NCBI RefSeq assembly: GCF_006345805.1 | Contig: NC_043014.1 | Coordinates: 13,082,001-13,146,000 of the forward strand | Length of the DNA stretch: 64,000 nt | Source: Octopus sinensis | Taxonomy: Eukaryota | Direction: 5' to 3' | Shown here: positions 38,701-51,241 of the stretch, piece by piece | Layout: the number at the start of each line of letters is the position of its first letter | Numbering within the stretch: the stretch's first letter is position 1 | The notes under the pieces: model-generated | Told to the model about the DNA's origin: nothing | Database searches by the model: none | Seen by the model: only the letters and a program-made list of their open reading frames with translations | Program-made: the position numbers and the translations under genes

Positions 38701-41700
38701 GTCATGCAAGCACAGAAAAGTGGACCTTAAACTGATGATGATAGGGTTTCATCAAAATACTGGGAGTGCATCTTTTGAACACCATTCCATGAATGGAAGA
38801 CACTGAGCTACGAAAGGTTAAGAAGCGCCATTTTACAATGAATTATCTTTTTTTTTTGTTGTTCTTGTTTCTAATAAAATAATCTATTTTATTAACATAA
38901 GTGCAGGAGTGGCTGTGTGGTAAGTAGCTTGCTTACCAACCACATGGTTCCAGGTTCAGTCCCACTGCGTGGCACCTTGCGCAAGTGTCTTCTACTATAG
39001 CCTCGGGCCGACCAAAGCCCTGAGTGGATTTGGAAGACGGAAAGCGAAAGAAGCATATATATATATATATGCATGTGTGTGTATATGTTTGTGCGTCTGT
39101 GTTTGTCCCCCCAACATCACTTGACAACCGATGCTGGTGTGTTTACATCCCCGTAACTTAGTGGTTCGGCAAAAGAGACTGATAGAATAAGTACTAGGCT
39201 AACAGAGAATAAGTCCTGGGGTCTATTTGCTTGACTAAAGGCAGTGCTCCAGCATGGCCACAGTCAAATGACTGAAACAAGTAAAAGAATATTTAATCTA
39301 GAATAATCTAAAACAGACCCCGTCTCTGCAAACAAATACCTTTTTGGTTAACAATCAGAACTTTTACTGGTTTATCTGTGAAGAAAAACAAGCTTTTGAA
39401 TATAATGAATGATTTGTGAGATGAAAATGAAGATGATATTTAAGTAAAGGAATGTTAGCTGAAAGAACAGAGAGAGAGAGAAATAGCTTCCACAGAACTC
39501 AAGACAAACTGTTGTTACGAGGTTTGTCAATTGAAATAGATCCCAGCATATTTTAAGTATTAAGTGTATTTTATCAGAAATCAGAAAGAAGCCAAGTAAA
39601 AATTAAGGGAACTACATAGGCATAGGTATGATTGTGATTAAGGTCACTTTGCAACCACATAGTTTTGGGTTCAGTCCCACTGCACAGCACCTTGAACAAG
39701 TGTCTTTTACTATAAGCCTTGGGTTGATCAATGCCTTGTGAGTGACTGCAGTAGAGGCAAGCCATTTGGAAGCTTCCCATATTAAAATCGGTGGACTCAT
39801 TTGTTGAGGACAGCAGATAATTTTTTGTAACTAAACACTTTCAAATTTCGGACACTGGTAGAATGTCTCATATAAAACATATTCTACTCTTAACATTTTT
39901 TAGAAAAGCTTATATTTAGGAAGTTATTTCATGTTAAAGTTCTTGGATTTCAGTAATTTCAACCAATCAATGACGTGTATTCAGCTGAATAAAATTACTG
40001 AATACATGTCATTGATTGGTTGAAATTACCGAAATAGGCCTACTTTGACGTGAAATTACTTCGTAAATATAAGCTTTTCTCAAAAATGCTAAGAGTAAAA
40101 CATATTTTATGACACATTCTACCAGTGTCCGAAATTTGAAAGTGTTTAGTTACAAAAAATTATTTTTAAAATCTGTACGTCAAAAGGTAAAGATCCCAGA
40201 TGAATGTTCCACAGCTTCCTGCTGAACAACCTGCACAGGTAATTTGTTTATATCAATCAAACGTCAGGTGCCAGCGATTGCAGAGCAACATAAAAATGAA
40301 GTGTTTTGCTCAAGAACTCAATACACTGCCTGGCCCTGATCTTGCGGTTTTGAATGCTACATGCCTTCTCTATCTCACACACACTTACTTGTACTTGTGG
40401 CGACATTCACCCTGGGCGGGTTGAGTCAGCTTCTACTACTCTCGAGGCATCTTGAACCATGGCAGCCCACGCATGATGGTCCTGCGTCAGTTCACTGGAG
40501 ATAGCGAGCCAGTCACAGTTCCATCGGCGCAGACTGACCACCTGCGGTCCCGTGAGCATGGAGAGGTCCTCCTTGATCATTGTAACCCAGGTCTTCAGCT
40601 GCCCGCCCGCGCGTTTCTGCCAGTTGGGAAGTGGAGTTGGGAGAAGGACATCATGGCTCAGTTCACCCACCGGACGCCTACATGCATGGCCAAACCACCG
40701 CAAGTGCCGTTGCAGAAGGACAGATGGAAGGGGCCACAGAGACAGGCGAAGTCGGAGATAGGCAGTGGGAACTCGATCCACCCGATGGCAGCGAAGAATG
40801 CACTGGAACCAGTCATTGTCGAAGACTTCCAGCCTTCATTGATCGACCACCCGCATAGGCCACGTTTCACAGCCATAGAGAAGTACTGTAAGAACAGTAC
40901 ACACATGTAATTGTGTGCATATGTAACTGGTATTGGTTTGTTTACATGCCCCTAATTTGGCAGTTCAGCAAAAGAGCCAGTAAAATAAGTACAAACTCAA
41001 GAAATAAGTACTTGGGTCAATTTTCAACACTAAAACACTTTAAAGCAGGCAGTGGCCAAGCATGCCGATGCCCAATGACCGAAAGAATTATAAAAGGTGA
41101 AAGATATACAGAATTTAGTTGAATGTTTTGTCCTCAGCCCTCAGCATCTGCACAGGTCAAAAGTTTTAAAATATTACCTGTTCAATAAATGTGCCAGGTA
41201 CTGCTGCACTCAACTGATTGTCTTAAAAATAAGATTTATTCTTCTTCATTACAGACTCACCTCCACCTCCACCACCATCACACAAAAACTGTTTTAGTTC
41301 ATGAAAATACAAAAACCTAGAAGAAAACAGGTGCAACCAGTTTATTCTATATCACAGTGCAACAGATAAGGTGAGGTTAACTATTTGAATGATTAATTAG
41401 TGAAAGTGTAAATGAAGCAAACTAGAAGCAGGTGACAGGTAAATGCAATTTATTAATTTTCTTTTGCAAATGAATCAAATTTCAATACAAACTTTTACAA
41501 TTTTTTGCTGTTATCTAATTCATGTAAACTTTTTGTTCCTTTGAAAAATTTGGAAATTGGTCTAAACTGTTGGAATTGTTAAAGAAGGGCAGTTAGAATC
41601 TCTGAAGTAAATGAAGAATTTTAATATGGTTTTCTTTAAAAAGAATGTTAAAATAATTAATACTGCTAAGAAATTTTAAAAAAAAGGGAATCATTTAATA

Positions 41701-44700
41701 AAATAGGAAGAAAGAAATGGTTGAGGAATGGATGGTTAAACTAAAAGAGCAAGACATCAAATTCCCAAATTTCTCACAACAGATTTGTTCTTTTTCATTA
41801 CAGGGGAAGAGAATAGAGAGACAGGTGGGTGTAGAAATAAAATGAACATGAGTTTATAACTAACAAGCTTTGTAAAGGTGAATACTTTAATACACAGAAA
41901 AAGATGACAGTCTTCTTGTAAAAAAAACAATTAAAAAATGCAAAACAGAATATTTATATATACACACATATATATGTATATATATATATATTATATATAT
42001 TTACAATTAGAATACATTGGTTGCTGCATAGCAGCAAAGTTATAATCCTTTAGACAAGAGAAAAGGAAACATAACATGAAAGGGAGTGAAAGGAGTGGGG
42101 ATAGCATGAGTTATCGTTGGGTATCTAATGATTTGGGCTGCCAGACTGGGGCTGTTGATTTAGGAAGTGCTGGCCGATTCCGAATGATATCTGCTGCTTT
42201 TTCAGCAAGCATGCAAGTTGGACCGTTTAAGTTGCCACTGACTACACTGGGCATGATTGAGGCATCTACGACACGAAGATTCTCAATTCCATAGACTTTA
42301 GTGTCAGGGCCGACCACAGCCATATTATCTGATGGATCTCCCATCTTGCACGTACAAGATGGGTGATAGGCACTGTCAGACATCTGACGGATATATGCAT
42401 CGATTTGTTTATCACTTTGGACATTGGGACCAGGAGCTAGTTCCTCACCTCTATAAGGATCAAATGCTTTCTGTGCAAATATCTCTCTTGAGAGTTTGAC
42501 ATTATCTCTCATATCTACTACATCTTGTTCAGTTGTAAGGTAGTTAGCAACTATAACTGGATGAACCTTAGGGTCTTTAGACTTCAATTTCATATAGCCC
42601 CTACTTGTAGGTCTCATAGGACCCACATGAACTTGATAAGCATGGCATGGGCCTACTTTGCGTCCATGATCATTAACAGTAGATGGCAGAAAGTGGAATT
42701 GAATATCTGGATGTTCTAAACCAGGTCTACTGCGAATGAAACCTCCAGATTCTAAATGAGATGTAGCACCATCACCTGTAAAAGTCAGAAACCATTGAAG
42801 TCCAGTTTTGATCATGACATGTGGAAATTTCCATTGTGCTTTGTACAATGTGATTGGTTTAAGACATTTCTGTTGAATATAGACTTCAAGATGATCCTGA
42901 AGATTTGAGCCTACGCCAGGTAAATGATTAACAATTGGAATGTCCAGTTTTTTAAGGTCATCAGCATTGCCAATACCAGAAAGCATGAGAAGTTGTGGGG
43001 AATTGATAGCACCACCACTTAGAATCACTTCCTTGTTGGCCCTTACTTGGTGAATGACACCTTTCTGTTCGTACTCAATGCCAACTGCTTTGTTACCTTC
43101 GAAAAGGATCCTCTTGGCAAATGCATTTACTTCAGTGTCTAGGTTTGGTCTTTTTAACGACTTCCTCAGGTAAGCACTAGCTGTACTCCACCTCTTACCC
43201 TTGTGAACAGTCATGTCCATCCAACCAAATCCTTCTTGCTGGTAGCCATTCATATCATCAGTGAAGGGGTAACCAGCTTGAACACCAGCATCAATGAAAG
43301 CCTGGTGCAGCTCATTATTAGTCTTACCCCGAGATACATGCAAGGGCCCTTCTCCTCCCCGATATTCATCAGGACCCAGTTCATGTGTCTGAGATTTGCG
43401 GAAATAAGGTAAACAGTCTGCATATGACCAGTTTAAAGCCCCTTCCTTTTCCCATCGGTCATAATCAAGAGCATGACCCCGAATATACACCATTGCATTT
43501 AGAGAAGATGACCCACCCCAAACACGGCCCCTTGGCCAATACATTACTCGGTTGTCCATGCCTCTTTCCGGTTCTGTCATGTAGTACCAATTATATTTAT
43601 CATCACATAGGTTGTACATCAGAGCTGCGGGCATGTGGATCTTCCAAGTATAGTCCTTTGGACCAGCTTCCAATAGAAGTACAGTATTGTCAGCATCTTC
43701 TGTAAGGCGATTACTGAGGACACACCCTGCAGACCCGGCCCCAACAACAACGTAACTATATTCCTTGGTGGCTGTCACTGAGTCTTTTGAAGATGTACTA
43801 AAATAACGACCAGTCGATTGGCTGCCTGAGAAAGGAGGTCGATGATGGCAGTGGGCAGTCAACATACCAGGGTTTATCGGCAGGGCTAGAGGGTAAGAGA
43901 AAGATGAATGATAAGAAGTTTGTACAATAGATAACAATTATATATAAGTTCACTTTAAAATCCAGACAGAACAAAACTAATACCTGAAGCAAGTGACTAA
44001 TAATATTATAAAATAAGTTAATAATGATTAAATTAATTAAAGAACAAAATAAATAAAAATGACATAAATGCTGCGGTAATTAAGGTGACAAGGGTAAAGC
44101 AAACGAAGCATATCACAAAGGTAAAGGATTACAATACATTCATAATAATAATAATAATAATTCTTTGCCCTAGGTGTCGGGAAGACACCCAGCAAGAAAT
44201 GGAAACATAACTGAAAGAAAAAAAAAATAATAGTAATAAGATCTCTTGCCTGGGCAGTGTTGTAGGAGAAGGCAGCAGAAGTACTCTTTAGAAAGGTACT
44301 TATGATCAACCACTCCAAAACAAACAAACAAATAATAGATAAATAAAAATAAATAAAGTGAAATAAAGAAAAACACCAACAAATCAAACTTTCGAAGCTA
44401 TCAAATCTTCAACATTTTTCTGATTTCTAATATTAGTGTGTCTAGCTAAAAAAATTTCTAACGGTAAGGTACAACCAACTGATTCAACTTTGGTATATTG
44501 CTGGTAGTTATTTTATCAATAATTTGATAAATAGATGAAAGGTTGATAACCATTAAAGACTGCACAGTACTGTTGTTCTCCTGATTCTGCCATCCGACTG
44601 CCCTGGACATACTAATGGCAGCATTAAGACTATTCTGTAGAGACCTGAATAAGTGGAAATCCGAAGGAGCAATATTTGGTGAATATGGAGGGTGGAGTAA

Positions 44701-45898
44701 CATATCCCAGCCGAGCTGCAGCAATTTTTGTCTGGTTCCCAAAGCATCAAGTGCTGAAAATGAACTTTCTTATCTTCGATTTTAAAGGGTTACAGAATTA
44801 ACACAGGTTATAAGAACATAAACCTTCTTCCACAAAAAGATAGCTTAAACTGTGCTCTAAATGGAGGTGTAGTCAAATCCTATTTTATGGACTCAACCAT
44901 GTTCTAAAATAAGTCGAAAGGTAAGCTACTATAAATTGGCACGAACTTTCCAGACAGCCCAATAAATAAGCATCATACTTGACAGAGTAATCTGAATGCT
45001 GAAGAACTAATTAAAACAAAGGCAGTGTATTTCAACAGAAATATGGTAACAAAAGGGTTAAAGACCCTCTAGAAGAGGGAGTTTTACATTTTTCAAAGCT
45101 TGTGTAACTGCTACTAAAAGATTTCTTCATATTCTTCGTTTAACATTTATATTCTTTCTTCAAGAACAGATATCTGAAATAATCTATTGACTATTGTGTT
45201 TCCCTATTGATCATAAGTAACAAAGTATAACAATATGATACTGTGACTGGTTCAGTTGATTGTACCATCTACCCTGCAACAAATAATAACCTAGTGCCTG
45301 CAAATATATATAAATCAAAATAAGCAACAAGGATATCCAGAGATAATGCAGTACAATCGTTTCATGCAGCTCCATTTAATTGAACAATGCAATCATTACA
45401 TCAATTTAAAATGAAGAGCAATCCTCAGCTGTACAAAGACATAGAATTTAATTAAATTAGAACAGATGGACACATTAGTATAATTATACCTAAAATCTTC
45501 AAGAAGTTAAGGAGATAGACAAAGAACATGCTGGCAGAGTCTGTAACAATGTATATCTTCTTGATAACTTCTATGCTGGAGTGAAGCCAGCATGTTCTTT
45601 GTCTATCTCCTTAACTTCTTGGAGATTTTAGGTATAATTATACTGTGTCCATCAGTTCTAATTTAATTAAATTCTATGTCTTTGTACAGCTGAGGATTGC
45701 TCTGCATTTTAAATTGATGTAATGATTGCATTGTGCAATTAAATGGTGTTGCTTGAAACAATCATACTGCATTCCCTATGGATATCCTTGTTGCTTATTT
45801 TGATTTTAATCACCTTACTTTGAAATTGTATGGCTAATACCATACTAAATTCTGGTTCCTCAACTTTAGTACCATATTCATCTGAATCTAAATTTTTG

Positions 45899-45945
<47 letters not shown>

Positions 45946-48900
45946 GATGTAGTAAAAGTTACATAAATATTTTTGACAGAAAAGGAAAACACATTTTATA
46001 TAATATTATGGGATGTAACAAATCTTTAAATTTGAAATGAGAAATTAACTGTAAACAGCACAAAGACCATTGTGGAGCAGAGATGTGTGGGTAATAGTCA
46101 TTGTTTCAACATCCACTTTTCCATGGTTGCATAGATTGTGGAGGCAGATTTTCTACAGCTGGATGCTCTTCCTGTCACCAACCATTACCTGCTTCCAAAC
46201 AAAGCAATATATCTCCCCATGGCCAGACATGTTTGCACAGAAAATTAGAAATGAATGACATCCATTTACAACAATTACATAATGTCAACACAATTATACA
46301 CAAACTTACATAAACACACATATACATAGAACAGGCTTCTTTCAGTTTCCATCTACCAAATCCACTCATAAGGTTTTGGTCAGTGTGAGGATATTAGTAG
46401 AAGAGATTTGCAATAGTCAATAGATATTCAAATTAAACCATAAAACTGTTAACAGTAGAGAAGTTTGAGGGATTATCTATGAAGGTCTTTGAGAGAAAGG
46501 ACATCAGTAAATTATAAAAAAAAAAAAAAAATATCTGTACTATAGTGGGACAGTAATGATGGGCTACTTTCTCTCCATTGGTTGCTGCATAATTTGAATG
46601 TAAACAGTTTGAGGCTGTGCGGTAGGAAGCTTGTTGACAACCACCTTGTTTTGGGTTCAGTCCCACAGCGTGGCAACTTGGACAAATGTCTTCTACTATA
46701 GCCTCAATCCGAACAAAGCCTTGTGAGTGGATCTGGTGGACAGAAACTGAAATGAAGCTGGTCATGTGTGTGTGTGTGTATTACTGTCTCTTTGCTCCCC
46801 CCCCCACATTGTGTGACAGAGCTGTAAACGAGCGTCACTGTCATGCATGTGGTGTCCATCATTTCCAATCATCTGATACTTGCCTGGACATAGAAATATT
46901 ACTTAGCTTTTCTGTCTTTTTTTTATATATTTGTTTTTCTGTATAGAACTAGGAATGTGATAAAAAGCAGATGCAAATATGAAGTAAATCTAATATTATA
47001 GCCATTGAAATGAGGAGTAACCAGTAAACCACATAAAAAGTTCCACTATGCCCAGACACACAAGCTGTGACAGATGCTATGATGAATATATCATCATCAT
47101 TTTAACATCCACTTTTCCATACTGGCATTGGTCTCTTGGTATTTGTTAAGGCAAGCTGCCAGAAACGTTAGCACGCCGGGCGAAATGCTTAGCGGTATTT
47201 CGTCTGCGTTACGTTGTGAGTTCAAATTCCGCCGAGGTCGACTTTGCCTTTCATCCTTTCGGGGTCGGTAAATTAAAGTACCAGTTACGCACTGGGGTCG
47301 ATGTAATCGACTTAATACCTATGTCTGTCCTTGTTTGTCCCCTCTATGTTTAGCCCCTTGTGGGTAATAAAGAAATAGGTATTTCATTTCACAGTCAAAA
47401 AGTGAAGCACATCAAAGATTTTAGATGAAGAAAGATGAATTCCGGAGATGCACTTGCATAGCAAGTGACCTGATCTGAGATTGTGTGCTGGAACGAAAAC
47501 AATTGCAGTGCGGAAGGTGTTTATAAGCCATTTAAGAAACACACAAAAACGATTAGATCACCTTTAACATTTAAGTTTAATTTGTCAAAATATTTTCGTC
47601 GCTTTGAGACCGCAACCTGTTCACAGCACGGAATTTTGTCAGTGAACAGGTCGTGGTCTCAAAGCGACAAAAATATTTTGGCAAATTAAATTTCAATGAA
47701 TCTAACGGTTTTTGTGTGTTTCTTAAATGGCTTATAAACACCTTCCACGCTGCAAAGATGAATTTATTTGGTGTAAAATCTTTGTTTTTAACCCTTTAGC
47801 ATTCAGATTACAGTTTAATGTGATGTTTATTTATTCACATTGTTTTGAATTAATTATGCATTGTTTTGTAGCATTGAGATTTTAACGAGGTAACTGTTAA
47901 TGTTTAGAATGATATTGCAATGTTGGTGTGAGGGGCCAGATGCAGCGAGTTTGAACATAAAAACAGGTAGAATATTTTGGATGGACATGGCTGGTTTAAG
48001 TGCTAAAGAGTTAAGACATCAAAATCCTGAAATTCATACCATTTTTTCTTGGCCTTCTCTAACAGACATTTTAAAGTATTCTAATATATTTTTGGTTTTA
48101 ATAAAACAACATTTAGAATTTAATGTATTTTTTTAAAATATATTTTTCATTTTTATTATTTATTATCAACACATACAAAGTGAAGATAAAACAACAAAAT
48201 AAAAAACATGTTTTTAACATAACTCTCTAATTTTTTAAATTAAAAAGAAAAAAATTGTTTATTTAAAAGAGGACAGCAGAACCCTTTTCAAGCAGCCAAC
48301 AGAACCAAGAAACGTTATATACACACACATACACATATATCAAAGACACACACACTCCCTGATACATATATATATTCACTTATATACTTATACATGCATG
48401 TAAACCTACATACATACAGATGTACTTATACCTACATACATACACACACACACAGATGCACACATACATTCATGCATACACACATATATAAAATAGCAAT
48501 TAAGAGAGGAAGAAAGGTAAAACAAGGAAAGGGTAAAGAAGTAAGGTAAGGGCATAGAAATAGTTGATTGATTATTTATTAGAATTAAGAGAGCAACAGC
48601 AACAAAGAAAAACAGCAAAAATTGCTTACCTGCCTTTCAGAATATTGCAAATAACGGACAGATTTATTCCTTCACCCACAATATACAGTTTCATTCTCAG
48701 ACATACAAGACCCCGACCCTTAACTAACACACAGGCATAGTCTTTCCAGATATCAACAAGAACAATCCAGAAAATATACAAGACGTGGTATAAAAAGTGG
48801 AGAGGGATAAAAAATTTTTTTTAAGATGTCAGATAGAGAGAATGAAATATATTTTGATAAATGTAGTAACAATAAAGATGAAAAAGAAATATGGAGCGGA

Positions 48901-50854
48901 ATAAAGTGAAAAGAAAAATTATTTTAGCACAGATATAAATAAGTGAATATTTCCTCCAATATGGATTAAGATTAATAGAATAAGAAAGACAGGAAAAAGA
49001 TATATATAGAAAGATATTAAGAATGGAATAACAAGTATGAGATCAGATATTATTATTATTGGTCTTAAATTATCATAGCTTCTAAATAATTATTAATTAA
49101 TTTATCAAACTGATCAAATTAAATAACTGTTAAAAGGAATAGCTTTGGGGCTATGTGGTAAGAAGTTTGCTTCCCAACCACATGGTTTCAGGTTCAGTCC
49201 TGCTGCATGGCACCTTGGGCAAGTGTCTTCTACCATAGCCTCAGGCCGATCAAAGCCTTGTGAGTGCATCTGGCCGACAGAAACAGAAAGAACCTTGTTG
49301 TATGTGTATTTGTACCAGTGCCTTAACACTGCTTGACAACTGGTGTTGGTTTGTTTACATTCCTGTAACTTAATGGTTCAGTAAAAAGCCTGACAGAATA
49401 AGTACCAGGTTTAAAAAAAAACAGGTTATGAAGTACAGAAGCTGAGAACACAATAATTAAGACCAAACTTTAAAAAGTCACCAAATAGATTATATAGCTG
49501 ATTTCATAAAGAATTGAAGTTAAGCTAAAAAAGCTTTACTTAGCTTAGAAACACTTCTAAGACTTAATCCAAGGAAAATATATGAATAATATATGTACAT
49601 ATGAAATATAAGAATAAATTTATATCAGATCAATATCCATTCAAGAGAAGACCTCTGTCTAAATTAAACATGGCAAAATATTGATTTTGTAATTTATATA
49701 TATTTTGTATAATTATTTGTCTATATCACTTTTTACTTTTTAAACATTTTATTTTTAACTTAATATGGTATAATGTAACAATCTGTTAAAATAAATTTAT
49801 TATTTTAAGATATTGAAAAATAGTAATCAACTTTGCAACAAACAAAACAAGGAAAAAGTTTAACAAAGCCATTGAAGTTACTATTCACTAATTCCTTGTA
49901 AATATAACACACACCCATATATATACATGTATATATATTCATCAACGCATACAGTATAATAGATCTATTTTAGATCTTCCCATTTGGTTTCACACTGGAT
50001 ATTAGATAACTGAATATTAGATAATAGTGTGGGTAATCACTACCCCCATGTGCTTTTCAGAGATGGAATATGTATGTGTATATATATATAAAGTTAATCC
50101 AAACATGAAAGCACTAAAAAAACACAACAACGCGAGGATGTGGAACAAATATAGAATTATTGGATGCTCAGGAAAGAAGGAGGGTTTAACGTTTCGAGCA
50201 GAGCTCTTTGTCGGAAACATAGAAGGAAAGATCCAGACAAGGGAAGACAGAGGAAAAAAAAAAAAAAGATCGCCAACGGTACACATGCGGTCATATTATA
50301 TATATATACACACACACACACACCCGTGTGTGTGATACTCTACTTAAAGGTATAATGATTCTTCACCCGACATTTGCGTTGTGTATGTATGCATATAACT
50401 GCATACAGATATACATACATATATACATTGTATTAGCCTTCTCAATTTCTTAATTTAACAATGCTTCAAATGAACTGAACTCACACACATATATACACAC
50501 ATACACACGCATATATACACACATACACACACACACATTTGCATATGTGTGCATACACACAGTAGAAGCATAAGAAATAAACTGGCATAGATTTGAAAGG
50601 AGACAAGAAAAATAAGCTCAAGAAGAACAGAGGTGGGTGACAAAAAAGAAAAGAAAAAAAAAAAAGGTTATCATTCCTCTGTTCAGGCAGTAATTAACTA
50701 AGAAATCGGAAGTGAATATGTAGCAAGAGCTAGCTGATTAAAATAATTAGAGATCATTTGCCAAGTTCTGCTCAACACACTGATATTATATAACAAAAAA
50801 ATAATGTATGTTTTGAAGTAAATATTTGTGCAAAGATATTAGAAAATTAGAATG

Positions 50855-50911
<57 letters not shown>

Positions 50912-51195
50912 AATAACACCATCATCAATGAATGGAATTAAAAAGAGTCATGGTGCAGAATAGCATTCTATGTTCACACACACACACACACACAATGTTC
51001 ATTTCCAATTTTCCTTGAAAAACATGTCTGGCTTTGAAGATTTTTTTTTTACATTGCTTGGAAACAGGTGAGAGTGAAGGTTGGTGACAGGAAGGGCATC
51101 CAGTCATAGAAAATCTGCCTTGACAAATTCTGTCAAACCCTGGGAAGCATGGGAAGGCTGACATTAAATGAGGAGGATCTAAAACAACACACACA

Positions 51196-51241
<46 letters not shown>

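Noticed and set aside
20949-43937. CHDH ORFs as processed pseudogenes, or as single-exon genes starting at the ORF-track 'Met' (MSAVFILL.., MLSIVQTS..)
   Set aside because: Those N-termini are translated intron (polypyrimidine tract) and differ between copies. There are no disabling mutations or poly(A) tails, and the conserved phase-1 acceptor explains the boundary better.
20949-43937. Bacterial betA contamination or recent horizontal transfer, because the ORFs are intronless
   Set aside because: The protein resembles animal mitochondrial CHDH (C-terminal [12 protein letters not shown], presequence), is embedded among host SINEs and has a spliceosomal acceptor.
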